A program made the position numbers and the translations under genes. 58,336 nucleotides of DNA from Acidobacteriota bacterium (lineage in GTDB: Bacteria; Acidobacteriota; Thermoanaerobaculia; Thermoanaerobaculales; Sulfomarinibacteraceae), in assembly GCA_013152925.1 (NCBI GenBank), contig JAADFK010000224.1, positions 1 through 58,336 on the forward strand, read 5' to 3'. The notes under the pieces are model-generated. The model was not told where the DNA came from. It saw only the letters and a program-made list of their open reading frames with translations, and searched no databases. This document shows positions 1 through 10,140 of this stretch, in pieces (positions within the stretch are counted from its first letter, which is position 1; each line of letters opens with the position of its first letter).

Positions 1-853
1 CACAGGCCTTGACCGCGAGCGCCCCGCCAGCCCGGGCCGCCACGACGATCCGGTCGAGCTCGGGCGGGCATACCTCGGGAGCCAGCCTCCGCCGCGCCGT
101 CCAGTCGGCGGCCACGGCTTCCCCAACCGCCGCCTCGTCCGGAGCCAGCAGGGCCGAACGGCACCGCCGTGCCGCCGCGGCGATCTCATCGAGGGCCAGC
201 GCCGTACCGGCATCGCCTTCGAAGCGCCGCCGGATGATCTGCCAATTGACCATGCCCGAGTGGTGCGTGATCCCAGTGAAAAAGACCGTCAGGCGCCGCC
301 CCACCCAGTCGAGATCGACCGGTAGCCGTTCGAGCCTCTCCCCGCCGGGCCCCAGGTGCAGGGCCAGCACGCCGCCGGCCTCGGCGGCCCAGTGGTCCTG
401 GCAGCCCGCGGGCGCTCCGAGCACACGGGCCTCCAGGTCGCGGAGGATCGGGATCAAGCGGGACCCGTCCATGGACCGGCCATCCAGGACCAGAAGCGCC
501 CTGGCCAGGGCCAGAGCGTAGGCCGAAGAGCCCCCCAGCCCGGAGCCCACGGGTACCTGTTCGAGAACCCGGATCACCAGGCCCCCGCCGGGCCGGAAGA
601 AGAATGCGACCGCCGCCGTCAGGTCGCTCCCGGAATCGGCCGCCTCCAGTGACCTCGGGGCCCCTCCTCCGACCACGTGGAGCACCGTTCCGGCCGGCGC
701 TCCGGCCGCCTCCACCCTGACGCGCGCCCGGACGGGCAGCGCGGCGTTGACGGTCAGGGCCCCGGGGTGCAGAACCCCCAGCGGCCAGATGTCCAGGGTT
801 CCCCCGGCCAGGTCGGCCCGGCACGGCGCGGCGGCCTCAGCCCATGGCGCCAC
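1..853 (-). CDS. GHMP-family kinase (HddA/heptose-7-phosphate kinase-like), 3' end beyond window
   Basis: Manual translation from GTG at 853 gives APCRADLAGGTLDIWPL, ATP loop PVGSGLGGSSA and GCQDHWAA. Missing from the ORF track because it runs off the window edge. Confidence 0.85.
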   Translation of the reverse strand, partial: MAPWAEAAAPCRADLAGGTLDIWPLGVLHPGALTVNAALPVRARVRVEAAGAPAGTVLHVVGGGAPRSLEAADSGSDLTAAVAFFFRPGGGLVIRVLEQVPVGSGLGGSSAYALALARALLVLDGRSMDGSRLIPILRDLEARVLGAPAGCQDHWAAEAGGVLALHLGPGGERLERLPVDLDWVGRRLTVFFTGITHHSGMVNWQIIRRRFEGDAGTALALDEIAAAARRCRSALLAPDEAAVGEAVAADWTARRRLAPEVCPPELDRIVVAARAGGALAVKAC

Positions 854-2067
854 GGGGAGCCTCCCGGGCCGTCCAGCAGGGTCTGGACGGTGATGGCATA
901 GGAGAGGAAGCGCCGGAGGCGGTCCCTGGCGATGGGCTTGGCCGGCGGAGAGGAGATCCGCAGCGGGTTGATCCACTTCCCGTTGTGCCGGACGCGGTAA
1001 TCGAGGTGGGGGCCCGTGGCCAGACCCGTCTGGCCGACGTAACCGATCACCTGGCCCTGGTGGACCCGCACCCCGTGGTGAATCCCCCTGGCGTAGCGGC
1101 TCAGGTGGAGGTAGCTGGTTTCGTAGCCGTTGCTGTGGCGAACGGTGACCATCTTGCCGCCCCCACCCCTGCGGCCCACGAAACGGACCACGCCGTCGGC
1201 CGTCACATGGACCGGGGTTCCCACCGGAGCGCCGTAGTCGACCCCGTAGTGGGGCATGCGCCGGTGGAGCACCGGATGGTAGCGGTGGAGGCTGAACCTG
1301 GAGGTGATCCGGGAGAACTTCAGGGGCGCCCGGAGGAACTCCTTCCGCAGCGGGTGCCCCTTGAGATCGTAGTACCCGACCCTCCCCTGCCCGTCGGGGA
1401 AGGCCACGGCGTTGAGGGTACGGCCCGCGTTGAGGAAGCGCGCCGCGAAGAGGGTGCCCCACCCGTACGGCTTCCCGCCCACCGTCCGGCGGTCGACGAT
1501 GACCACGAAGCGGTCACCCTGCCGGAGGTCCCGGAAGAAGTCGATGTCCCACTGGAAGATCCCCGCCAGCCGTACGGCCAGCTCGGCATCGCCGCCCGCC
1601 GCGTCCACGGCCCCGAACAGGGAGCTCTCGATGCTCCCCTCCAGGCGGACGACCTCGTGCTGCACGGTCCCGTCCACACGCCGGGCGCGGATGGTTTCCC
1701 CGGAACGTTCGGCCCGCACCGTGCTCCGGGCATCCATGCGGATAGTCAGCGATTGCAGCTGGCCGGAGGGTGCACGCCGTCCCTCCACCACCATCCCCGG
1801 CCGCAGCGCCCTGGGGTCGAGCACCGAGGCCAGGCTCAAGCACCACTGGCTCCACTGCCCGGGCTCCAATTCCCGGCAGACACTCTCCAGAGTGTCCCCG
1901 GGGCTCACTTCGAAACGCGTGATCGTGGCGCTGAGCTTGAGGGGCCGGACCGTGACCGGCGAATCCGGCGCATGTACCGGCGCTGTACGCGGACCGCCGC
2001 CGCACGCCGCCGAGATCGCCAGAGCTGTCACCAGGCCCAGGCCCGATGGCCTCACGGGGCGCTCCAT
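754..2067 (-). CDS. M23 family peptidoglycan DD-metalloendopeptidase (MepM-like), probable lipoprotein
   Basis: HYGVD, YLHL and GPHLDY zinc motifs. Lipobox-like ISAAC after ATG at 2067. The C-terminus may be extended by a 1-nt indel (see findings). Confidence 0.9.
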   Translation of the reverse strand: MERPVRPSGLGLVTALAISAACGGGPRTAPVHAPDSPVTVRPLKLSATITRFEVSPGDTLESVCRELEPGQWSQWCLSLASVLDPRALRPGMVVEGRRAPSGQLQSLTIRMDARSTVRAERSGETIRARRVDGTVQHEVVRLEGSIESSLFGAVDAAGGDAELAVRLAGIFQWDIDFFRDLRQGDRFVVIVDRRTVGGKPYGWGTLFAARFLNAGRTLNAVAFPDGQGRVGYYDLKGHPLRKEFLRAPLKFSRITSRFSLHRYHPVLHRRMPHYGVDYGAPVGTPVHVTADGVVRFVGRRGGGGKMVTVRHSNGYETSYLHLSRYARGIHHGVRVHQGQVIGYVGQTGLATGPHLDYRVRHNGKWINPLRISSPPAKPIARDRLRRFLSYAITVQTLLDGPGGSPWRHGLRPPRRAGPTWPGEPWTSGRWGFCTPGP

Positions 2068-2507
2068 GCCTCGACCGCCGCGGCCGTGGCCTCCAGCCGG
2101 GCCACGACCTCTCCCTTGCGGTTGAGGATGACCAGGGCCGGAACGGTGACGACGCGGCACCGCTTCAGGAAGCTGCCGTGCCGATCGTGAAGCCAGGTCA
2201 CGTCCGTCCCCGCGAAGGCCTTCCGTCCGTCCTCCAGAGGTTCGACCACGTCGATGAAAACCAGATTGAGGCCCTTGGCCCGGCAGGCCGCCTTCAGGGC
2301 CGCCCGGTTCTTCAGAACCTCCGGCGCCCTGGGCTGCCAGGACGACCACACCACCACCGCGACCGGCGCCGTCTCGGCCAACCAGCGATCCCACGGCACT
2401 GGCGTGCCGTCTGGATACCGCAAGTCCGGGCCGCCACCGGCCCCGCCGATGGCCGCCACGAGCAGCGCCGCGGCCGTGAGCCAACCGATTCTACGAGGGC
2501 TCGCCAT
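2052..2507 (-). CDS. Exported thioredoxin-fold (TlpA/ResA-like) protein lacking CxxC
   Basis: Signal-like N-terminus. VVVWSSWQP stands in place of WASWCxxC. WLHD and cis-Pro motif VPALVILNRKGEVV are present. Confidence 0.7.
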   Translation of the reverse strand: MASPRRIGWLTAAALLVAAIGGAGGGPDLRYPDGTPVPWDRWLAETAPVAVVVWSSWQPRAPEVLKNRAALKAACRAKGLNLVFIDVVEPLEDGRKAFAGTDVTWLHDRHGSFLKRCRVVTVPALVILNRKGEVVARLEATAAAVEAWSAP

Positions 2508-2653
2508 GGCCGCAGTATAGCCGACACCGGCGCCGAGCCGTTTCATCGGCGCGCCGGCCGAGGAACCCGGTCACCGTGTCGAGGCTGCGATCCCGGTCGT
2601 GTATACTCCCCGCGCCTCCGCCATCGGGGGCGAGCCATTCCAAGGAGCAACGC

Positions 2654-3070
2654 ATGACCGAGCGCACGCTGACCATCATCAAGCCCGACTCCGTCGAGAA
2701 GAACAACGTGGGCGCCATCATCGCCCACCTGGAGCGCGAGGGGTTCCGCATCGTCGCGGCCCGCATGATGCGGCTGACCGAGGCCCAGGCCCGGGCCTTC
2801 TACGAGGTCCACAGGGAGCGGCCCTTCTACGACGACCTCGTCGCCTACATGACCTCGGGTCCCGTCTGGCCCATGTGCCTCGAGCGCGAGAACGCCGTGG
2901 TGCATCTCCGTGAGGTCATGGGCGCCACCAACCCCGCCGAGGCGAACGAGGAGACGATCCGCGCCCTGTACGGCGAATCCATCGAGCGCAACGCGATCCA
3001 CGGCTCAGATTCCCCGGAGAACGCCGCGCGGGAGATTTCCTTCTTCTTCCCGGAGACCGACCTGGTCTGA
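2654..3070 (+). CDS. ndk: Nucleoside diphosphate kinase
   Basis: ERTLTIIKPD and NAIHGSDS (phospho-His). SD AAGGAG upstream. Confidence 0.97.
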   Translation: MTERTLTIIKPDSVEKNNVGAIIAHLEREGFRIVAARMMRLTEAQARAFYEVHRERPFYDDLVAYMTSGPVWPMCLERENAVVHLREVMGATNPAEANEETIRALYGESIERNAIHGSDSPENAAREISFFFPETDLV

Positions 3071-3307
3071 GCCGCTCCCGGCCGGCCGCCCGGTCTCGAG
3101 GGTCGTGCGGCCCCCGAAGCCTCGTACCATTCCGGGGAGAGGGGGCGGCGTCCCTCTCCCGGTGGGGTGTTCCGCGATTCCATTCTTCGTCGGCGGGACG
3201 TCCTTGGAGGCGGCGGATCTGCTGGGCTTCCCCCGGGGGAGGCCGGGCGGCCATGGTCCCACCGGCGATCCCGCGTGTGAAGGAAGGCGCCAGGCCCACC
3301 ACGCGCC

Positions 3308-3321
3308 TTGACCTGGGTCAA
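3308..3321. promoter_or_regulatory. FNR/CRP-family binding box upstream of napDAB
   Basis: TTGAC-CTGG-GTCAA, extending to the palindrome GCCTTGACC-TG-GGTCAAGGC (3305-3324). Resembles the FNR consensus TTGAT-N4-ATCAA. Confidence 0.75.
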
Positions 3322-3357
3322 GGCATTGACCATACTGATTGTGGAACATTCTTCCAG

Positions 3358-3684
3358 ATGTTGAAGCCTACAAGCATCCGATCCGTCACGCCCTCCGATC
3401 GCTTCACCTGCTCGGGAATCGTCGTCACGGCACGGCCCCAGGAGCTCCAGGAGGTTCGCCGGATGATCGAAGGGCTCGACGGCCTCCGCGTGCACCAGGA
3501 AGACGCGACGTCCGGGCGACTGGTCGTGACCCAGGAGGCCTCGTCCGACGCCGAGCAGGCCGAGGGCCTGCTGCGGCTCCAGCGTCTGCCAGGGGTGCTC
3601 GCGGCGGATCTCGTGTACTACCACCGTGAGGAGCCGGAGGCGATGGTGCCCGGCTCCGACCATCAGTCAGGAGCGAAGCAATGA
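3358..3684 (+). CDS. napD: Periplasmic nitrate reductase chaperone NapD
   Basis: [30 protein letters not shown]. Overlaps the napA start (ATGA). Start codon uncertain. Confidence 0.88.
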   Translation: MLKPTSIRSVTPSDRFTCSGIVVTARPQELQEVRRMIEGLDGLRVHQEDATSGRLVVTQEASSDAEQAEGLLRLQRLPGVLAADLVYYHREEPEAMVPGSDHQSGAKQ

Positions 3685-6422
3685 AGGATGGCCTTTCCCG
3701 AAGAGAGTTCGTGGTTTCCAGTGTCGCCGCGGCCACCGCCGCGACCGTCGGCCTCCCCGTCGCCGGCGAGGTGATCGATCCCGCGGCCGGCGCCCACTGG
3801 GAGAAGGGTGTCTGCCGGTTCTGCGGGGTCGGCTGCGGCGTCCAGGTGGCGGTCAAGGAGGGGCGCCTGGTCGGCGTCAAGGGCGATCCCCAAAGCCCCG
3901 TCAACCGCGGCCTGTTGTGCGTCAAGGGCTATGCCAACCCCCAGATCCACTACGGTGCCGACCGCCTCACCCAGCCGCTGCTCCGCATGAAAGACGGCCG
4001 GTACAGCAAGGACGGGGAGCTCTTCCCCATCTCCTGGGAACGGGCTTTCGACGAGATGGAACGGCAGTTCAAGAAGGTCTACGGTGAGCTCGGACCGACC
4101 GGCGTCGCCATCATGGGCTCCGGCCAGTACACCATTCCCGAGGGTTACGCGGCTGTCAAGCTGAGCAAGGCCGGCTGGCGCACCAACAACATCGATCCCA
4201 ACGCACGCCAGTGCATGGCCTCGGCCGTCGCGGGGTTCATCCAGGTGTTCGGGATCGACGAGCCCGCCGGCTGCTACGACGACATCGAGCTAACGGATGC
4301 CGTGGTCACCTGGGGCGCCAACATGGCCGAGATGCACCCCATCCTGTGGTCCAGGATCGTCGCTCACCGCATGGCCAAACCCCACGTCAGGGTCGTCAAC
4401 CTAAGCACCTACTCCAACAGGACCTCCGACGCCGCAGATGTGGAGATCATCTTCAAGCCGCAGACCGACCTGGCCATCTGGAACTACATCGCGCGGGAGA
4501 TCTTCGAGCGAAACGCCGTCGACAACGACTTCATCGAAAAGCACTGCGTGACCGCCACCGGGCCCACGGACATCGGCTACGGCATGCGCTTCAACACGGA
4601 GCACGCCTTCCCCGCCGAGCTCGACACCCTGGAGCGCGAGAAGAAGGTCAAGCTGACCCGGGACGAGGCCATCGCCCAGGGCCTCGATCCCGACGAGCCC
4701 CACGAGGTGGAGCAGCGGCACCGCACGACCGCCGGCGCGCACTGGCTGATCGCCCTGGAGGAGCTCAAGAAGGCCGTGGCGCCCTACGATCTCGAGTTCG
4801 TGGCGCAACTGGCCAAGGGTGATGCTGACGAGTCACTGGAGAGCTTCAAGAAGAAGCTCCAGGCGCTGGCGGATCTCTACGTGGATCCCAAACGCAACAT
4901 CGTGTCCTTCTGGACCATGGGTTTCAACCAGCACACCCGGGGAACGTGGGTCAACGAGCAGGCGTACATGGTGCATCTGCTGACGGGCAAGTACGCCCGC
5001 CCCGGCGCCTCGGCCTTCTCCCTGACGGGCCAACCCTCGGCCTGTGGCACGGCCCGCGAGGTCGGCACCTTCGCCCACCGCCTGCCGGCCGACATGGTGG
5101 TCGCCAATCCCGAGCACCGCAAACGGGCCGAGGGCATCTGGCACCTTCCCTCGGGGACCCTGAACCCCAAGGTGGGAAGCCACATCACCAAGATGATGCG
5201 GGACATCGAGGACGGGAAGATCCGCTGGCTCTGGGTCCAGGTCACCAACCCCTTCCAGTCCACGGCCAACGCCAACCACTGGTTCCAGGCGGCGCGTGAG
5301 CGGGACGTCTTCATCGTCGTCTCCGATGTCTACCCAACGGTTTCGTGCCGGGTGGCGGACCTGATCCTGCCGGCGGCCATGCACTTCGAAAAGTGGGGGC
5401 TCTATGGCAACACCGAGCGGCGGACCCAGGGCTGGCGCCAGATGGCCGACCCGCCCGGCCAGGCGCGCTCCGATGTCTGGCAGATGCTGGAGTTCTCCAA
5501 GCGGTTCACGCTGCGGGAGGTGTGGGGCCGGAAGCCGGTCCCCGGCCTCAAGGCGGCGGGATTCGAGGACGGCTGGCTTCCCGACGTGCTCGAGTCGGCC
5601 AGGGCAATGGGTTATACGCCCGAGACAACCCTCTACGAGGTCCTCTTCGCCACGCCCCGGGCACGGTCCTTCCCGTGGCCCGACCCCAGGGCGAAGGGAT
5701 ACCACAACTGCACCGCCGAGGCCGCCGGTCTCGACTGGTTCCCCGAGAAGGCCCTGTTCCAGGAGTACGTCATCTTCGGCCGCGGCCACGGCCACGACCT
5801 GGCCGACTTCGACGTCTACATGGACCCCGCCGTTCGCGGTCTGCGCTGGCCCGTGGTCGACGGCAAGGAGACCCGCTGGAGGTTCAACGGGAAGTACGAC
5901 CCCTACGTCGCCAAGGGCACGGACTTCGAGTTCTACGGACCCGCGCTGAAGAAGATCCCCCGAGGCAACCTGGCAGGACCCGGGAAGGGACCCAAGGTCT
6001 CCGTGGCCGGCAAGGCCAAGATCTTCTTCCGGCCCTACGCCGCCCCGGCCGAGAGCCCCGACGCACACTACGACCTCTGGCTCTGCACCGGGCGCGTTCT
6101 CGAGCACTGGCACAGCGGCACCATGACCCGCAGGGTGCCGGAGCTCAACGCCGCGTTCCCCGAAACCGTCATCTTCATGAATTCCAAGGATGCCTCCTCC
6201 CGCGGCATCTCCGACGCAGCCGTGGCCTGGGTGGAGTCCCGCCGCGGCCGGATCCGCGCCCTCATCCGGACGGTGGGCAGAAACCGGGTGCCCAGGGGGA
6301 TGGTGTTCGTGCCGTGGTTCGACGAGAACGTCCTCATCAACAAGGTGGCCCTGGACGCCACCTGCCCCATCTCCAAGGAAACCGACTACAAGAAGTGCGC
6401 CGTCCGCGTGGTGCCGGCGTGA
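3681..6422 (+). CDS. napA: Periplasmic nitrate reductase catalytic subunit NapA (long type)
   Basis: Tat signal [14 protein letters not shown] 4Fe-4S motif, [11 protein letters not shown] Mo-Cys ligand, [45 protein letters not shown]. Confidence 0.97.
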   Translation: MKDGLSRREFVVSSVAAATAATVGLPVAGEVIDPAAGAHWEKGVCRFCGVGCGVQVAVKEGRLVGVKGDPQSPVNRGLLCVKGYANPQIHYGADRLTQPLLRMKDGRYSKDGELFPISWERAFDEMERQFKKVYGELGPTGVAIMGSGQYTIPEGYAAVKLSKAGWRTNNIDPNARQCMASAVAGFIQVFGIDEPAGCYDDIELTDAVVTWGANMAEMHPILWSRIVAHRMAKPHVRVVNLSTYSNRTSDAADVEIIFKPQTDLAIWNYIAREIFERNAVDNDFIEKHCVTATGPTDIGYGMRFNTEHAFPAELDTLEREKKVKLTRDEAIAQGLDPDEPHEVEQRHRTTAGAHWLIALEELKKAVAPYDLEFVAQLAKGDADESLESFKKKLQALADLYVDPKRNIVSFWTMGFNQHTRGTWVNEQAYMVHLLTGKYARPGASAFSLTGQPSACGTAREVGTFAHRLPADMVVANPEHRKRAEGIWHLPSGTLNPKVGSHITKMMRDIEDGKIRWLWVQVTNPFQSTANANHWFQAARERDVFIVVSDVYPTVSCRVADLILPAAMHFEKWGLYGNTERRTQGWRQMADPPGQARSDVWQMLEFSKRFTLREVWGRKPVPGLKAAGFEDGWLPDVLESARAMGYTPETTLYEVLFATPRARSFPWPDPRAKGYHNCTAEAAGLDWFPEKALFQEYVIFGRGHGHDLADFDVYMDPAVRGLRWPVVDGKETRWRFNGKYDPYVAKGTDFEFYGPALKKIPRGNLAGPGKGPKVSVAGKAKIFFRPYAAPAESPDAHYDLWLCTGRVLEHWHSGTMTRRVPELNAAFPETVIFMNSKDASSRGISDAAVAWVESRRGRIRALIRTVGRNRVPRGMVFVPWFDENVLINKVALDATCPISKETDYKKCAVRVVPA

Positions 6423-6436
6423 AGGGGGGAACGACC

Positions 6437-6901
6437 ATGCGCCTGACAACCCTCTCGACCCTGACAGTCCTCGCCCTCCTGGCCGCCGGCTGTGCCTCCC
6501 GCGCTCCGGAACCCTCCGCCACCAACGCCGCCACGGCGCCGCGGGCCATTCCCGAGTCCAGGATCGGGCTCCGAACGGCCGATGTCAGCGAGGCCTCCCC
6601 CGTCAGACCCATCGTTCCCGTGAGGGCCCAGCCCGGCGAGGCGCCGCTCCCGGTCCGGCCATACCCGGGCTCGCCTCCAGTCATCCCCCATTCCGTCGAC
6701 GGGCTTCTCCCCATCACCGCGAAGGAGAACGCCTGCGTGGGATGCCACGACCCGGCGAACGCCGGCGATTCCGAAGCCACTCCCATCCCGGCGAGCCACT
6801 TCGAGGCCGGCAAGCTCGACAACCGCCGCTACCTGTGCATCTTCTGCCACGTGCCGCAAACCAAGGCCACACCACTGGTGGAGAACACCTTCAAGCCCTG
6901 A
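6437..6901 (+). CDS. napB: Diheme cytochrome c NapB, lipoprotein
   Basis: PPVIPH, CVGCH, IPASHF and RRYLCIFCHVPQ. Lipobox LAAGC. Confidence 0.92.
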   Translation: MRLTTLSTLTVLALLAAGCASRAPEPSATNAATAPRAIPESRIGLRTADVSEASPVRPIVPVRAQPGEAPLPVRPYPGSPPVIPHSVDGLLPITAKENACVGCHDPANAGDSEATPIPASHFEAGKLDNRRYLCIFCHVPQTKATPLVENTFKP

Positions 6902-6926
6902 GCATGAGAGCGGCCGGTATCCCGGC

Positions 6927-6964
6927 AACACCCCGGCGACCGGGTCCGCCGGGGTGTTCTCGTT
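6927..6964 (+). terminator. Probable intrinsic terminator after napB
   Basis: 12-bp perfect stem AACACCCCGGCG/CGCCGGGGTGTT with a weak U tail. Confidence 0.5.
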
Positions 6965-7045
6965 GGCGCTGGGCCGGCGCACCACCACCGCTTGAACCCG
7001 ATGCGCGCTCCACCTCTTTCCTTCAGTGCGGCTATACTACGCGGC

Positions 7046-7498
7046 ATGGCACGTGTCAGCTGGCACCGCTACTTCATGAACCTGGCCATCCAGGCGGCCA
7101 CGCGCTCGACCTGTCCCCGCAAGCACGTTGGAGCCGTGATCGTGCGGGACAAGAGCATCCTTTCCACCGGGTACAACGGCTCGATCCGGGGCGCACCCCA
7201 CTGCGACGAGGCCGGTTGCCTGATGGAGAACGGCCACTGCGTGCGAACGGTCCACGCCGAGGCCAACGCCATCGTCCAGGCGGCTCGCAACGGCGTCCGC
7301 CTGGAGAACGCCGAGATCTACGTGACGGCCTCCCCGTGCTTCAACTGCTTCAAGCTGATCGTCAATGCGGGAATCCGGATCATCTATTTCGGCGAGTTCT
7401 ACCGGGACGAGCGCGTGCTCCAGTTCGCCAACGAGCTTGGAATCGAGCTGATCCACCTGGGCCTCAAACAGCCCGAACAGCAAACCGTCGAGGAGTGA
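7046..7498 (+). CDS. dCMP deaminase / ComEB family
   Basis: RSTCPRKHVGAVIV, TGYNG, HAEANA and SPCFNC zinc motifs. Confidence 0.93.
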   Translation: MARVSWHRYFMNLAIQAATRSTCPRKHVGAVIVRDKSILSTGYNGSIRGAPHCDEAGCLMENGHCVRTVHAEANAIVQAARNGVRLENAEIYVTASPCFNCFKLIVNAGIRIIYFGEFYRDERVLQFANELGIELIHLGLKQPEQQTVEE

Positions 7499-7501
7499 GC
7501 C

Positions 7502-8626
7502 ATGAGCAAGATCCGCCAGATCGGTGTCCTGACCGGGGGGGGCGACGCCCCGGGTCTCAACGCCGTCATCCGCGCCCTGACCAAATCCGCCATCCTGGAC
7601 CACGGCGTTCGTGTCATCGGTTTCAACGACGGCTTTTCCGGCATGGTCGAGATGAAGACCCACGAGCTTGGGCTCCACGACGTCCGCGGCATCCTGCCCC
7701 GGGGCGGCACCATCCTGGGGACCACCAACCGGGGCAACCCCTTCGAGTACGTGGAGCGCCTGGCCGACGGCACGGAGCGCGTCAGTGACGCCTCGGCCAC
7801 CGTTGCGAAGAACTTCGAGCGGCTGGGGCTGGATGCCCTCGTGGTCATCGGCGGCGATGGTACCCTGAGCATCGCCCACCGCCTGATGCAGGAACACGGC
7901 ATCCCCGTGGTGGGCGTACCCAAGACCATCGACAATGACCTGGCGGCCACGGACCGTACCTTCGGTTTCGCCACCGCCGTCGAGGTGGCCACCGATGCGC
8001 TGGACCGGCTCCACACCACGGCCGAGAGCCACCACCGCATCATGCTCCTCGAGGTCATGGGCCGGGAGGCCGGATGGATCGCCCTCCACAGCGGCGTGGC
8101 CGGCGGCGCCGACGTGGTCCTGATTCCCGAGATTCCCTTCCAGGTGGAGCCCGTGATCGCCAAGGTCTGGGCCCGCCAGAACCGGGGCACGCCCTTCTCC
8201 ATCGTCGTCGTCGCCGAGGGCGCCCGGCCGAAGGACGGCGACCAGGTCTACCAGAGCGTCGATCCCGTCACGGGGTGGAAGCGTCTCGGTGGAATCTCCT
8301 ACGAGCTGGCGCCGATTCTCCAGGGCAAGACGGGACTCGAGGTGCGGGTCACGGTCCTCGGCCATATCCAGCGTGGCGGCTCCCCCTGCGCCGATGACCG
8401 GATTCTCGGCACGCGGCTGGGCGCCGAGGCCATGCGCCTGGTGATGAGGGGCCGTTTCGACCACATGGTGGCTCTACGCGGCGAGGAGATCGAGGCCGTG
8501 CCCATGGAGAAGGCCATCAACCGGCTCAAGCTCGTCGATCCCAACGGCCAGCTCGTCCGGAACGCCAGGAGCCTGGGGATCGTCTTCGGCGACGAAGACC
8601 CGGACGAGATCCTCGACACCAGATGA
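7502..8626 (+). CDS. pfkA: 6-phosphofructokinase (group III; GGDG/PKTIDND, likely ATP-dependent)
   Basis: TGGGDAPGLNA, GGDGT, PKTIDND, EVMGR and LGHIQRGG. Confidence 0.95.
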   Translation: MSKIRQIGVLTGGGDAPGLNAVIRALTKSAILDHGVRVIGFNDGFSGMVEMKTHELGLHDVRGILPRGGTILGTTNRGNPFEYVERLADGTERVSDASATVAKNFERLGLDALVVIGGDGTLSIAHRLMQEHGIPVVGVPKTIDNDLAATDRTFGFATAVEVATDALDRLHTTAESHHRIMLLEVMGREAGWIALHSGVAGGADVVLIPEIPFQVEPVIAKVWARQNRGTPFSIVVVAEGARPKDGDQVYQSVDPVTGWKRLGGISYELAPILQGKTGLEVRVTVLGHIQRGGSPCADDRILGTRLGAEAMRLVMRGRFDHMVALRGEEIEAVPMEKAINRLKLVDPNGQLVRNARSLGIVFGDEDPDEILDTR

Positions 8627-9222
8627 TCGCCATCGATCTCAACGAGGTCTCCGTGCCGCTCGTCTGGGAGGAGCTCTTCGGGTGGCCCGATCCTCCGGAT
8701 GTGGAAATCGGCGCTGGCAAGGGGCGATTCCTCCTCGAGATGGCACGGCTTCATCCCGATCGTTCCCTACTCGGCGTCGAGAGGGCGGCCAAGTACCACG
8801 AGATGGTGTGCCGGCGCGCCGCCCGGCGGGGCATCGAGAGCATCCGCATGGTGCGCACCACGGCCGAGGACCTGTTCTTCCGGCTGGTGAAGCCCTCCTC
8901 GGTGGCCCGGATCCACATCTACTTCCCGGACCCCTGGCCCAAGAAGCGGCACCACAAGCGCCGCCTGATCCGGCCGGAGGCCGTGGACGCCATGGCACGG
9001 GCCCTGGTTCCCGGCGGCCGGCTCCTGGTCAAGACCGATCATCCGGACTACGCCGAGGTCATCGGCGAGGTCCTGGCAGCTTCGTCGCTCACGGTGGAAG
9101 ACCCGGCGTCACACTTCGAGGATCTACCGGAGACCAGCTACGAGATCAAGTACCGGCGGGAGGATCGTCCCATCTGGGCCTTCGTTTGCCGCCGGGGCCA
9201 GCTGGAGCCCCGCCATGCCTGA
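8623..9222 (+). CDS. trmB: tRNA (guanine-N7)-methyltransferase
   Basis: VEIGAGKG, FPDPWPKKRHHKRRL, KTD and TSYE. Confidence 0.93.
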   Translation: MIAIDLNEVSVPLVWEELFGWPDPPDVEIGAGKGRFLLEMARLHPDRSLLGVERAAKYHEMVCRRAARRGIESIRMVRTTAEDLFFRLVKPSSVARIHIYFPDPWPKKRHHKRRLIRPEAVDAMARALVPGGRLLVKTDHPDYAEVIGEVLAASSLTVEDPASHFEDLPETSYEIKYRREDRPIWAFVCRRGQLEPRHA

Positions 9223-10138
9223 AGACACCATCGTCCGCGCCCTGGGCCTGGGGGGCCGTGCCCGCGCCGTGGCCGCAGAGACCACCGCTACTGTGGAGCG
9301 CCTGCGCACGATCCACGACCCCTCCCCCACCGTCACGGCGGCCCTCGGCCGGATCGCGACCGGTGCCCTGCTCCTCGCCGCCTCCCTGGAAAAAACCACC
9401 CGGCGCGAGCCCGTCACCACCCTCGAGGTGGAGGGTGACGGTCCGGCCGGCCGCTTCATCGCTACTGCCTCCCCCACCGGGTGGGTCCGCGCCACCGTGG
9501 ACCATCCCGAGGCACAGGCCGAGCCCCGTCCCGACGGCAAGCTCAACGTGGCCGCGGTGGTCGGGGACTCCGGCACCCTGATCGTCACGCGGGATCCCGG
9601 CATCGGCGAGCCCTACCGTGGCGTCGTCGACCTGGTCTCCGGGGAGATCGCCAAGGACCTGGCCCGTTACCTGGACGAATCCGAGCAGACTCCCGCCGCT
9701 GTTCTGCTCGGCGTCTTCGTCGTCCCGACCCCCTCGGTACAGCACGCCGGCGGGTTGATGGTGCAACTCCTGCCCGGAGTCAGCGACGCCGAGGCCCGGG
9801 AGCTGTCCCGCCGGGTCGCCGGGTTGGAAACCGTCACGACCCAGTTGCGCGCCGGCAGGGGTCCCGAGGAGTGGTTGCGGGCCGTCTTCCCGAAGGACCT
9901 GGAGATCCTCGACACGACGCCGGCCTTCTTCCGGTGCGGCTGCAGCCGGGACCGCGTGGATCGCGCCCTCAAGCTCCTGGGAGAAGCCGAGATCCGCTCG
10001 CTCCTCGACCAGAGCCTCGCCGAACCGGTCGAGCTCGTCTGTGGCTTCTGCAGGTCTGCCTACACCGTCCCCCGCGACGACCTGGCCCGTCTCCTCCTGG
10101 AGGTCGAGCAGGAGAGCGGCCGGAAGGCCTCCTCCTAG
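9215..10138 (+). CDS. hslO: Hsp33 redox-regulated chaperone
   Basis: SGEIAKDLARYLDESEQ, AGGLMVQLLPG and C-terminal CGC...CGFC zinc switch. Confidence 0.93.
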   Translation: MPEDTIVRALGLGGRARAVAAETTATVERLRTIHDPSPTVTAALGRIATGALLLAASLEKTTRREPVTTLEVEGDGPAGRFIATASPTGWVRATVDHPEAQAEPRPDGKLNVAAVVGDSGTLIVTRDPGIGEPYRGVVDLVSGEIAKDLARYLDESEQTPAAVLLGVFVVPTPSVQHAGGLMVQLLPGVSDAEARELSRRVAGLETVTTQLRAGRGPEEWLRAVFPKDLEILDTTPAFFRCGCSRDRVDRALKLLGEAEIRSLLDQSLAEPVELVCGFCRSAYTVPRDDLARLLLEVEQESGRKASS

Positions 10139-10140
10139 CC

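Noticed and set aside
1-853. GHMP kinase as the mevalonate kinase partnering the HMG-CoA synthase triad
   Set aside because: The N-terminal RADLAGGTLD and GxQD motifs fit the HddA/sugar-phosphate kinase branch rather than mevalonate kinase (GEHxVVYG), and the gene is 45 kb away.
2320-2350. Selenocysteine at the thioredoxin active site
   Set aside because: The codons are TGG CAG CCC AGG GCG, with no in-frame TGA.
3133-3162. Hairpin after ndk as an ncRNA or Moco riboswitch for nap
   Set aside because: A single GC-rich stem lying upstream of the FNR box, so outside the likely nap transcript. No Moco motif recognised.
4195-4225. NapA NARQC instead of NARHC as a sign of altered substrate
   Set aside because: This position varies among NapA proteins, and the Cys-Met pair and GQP motif are intact.
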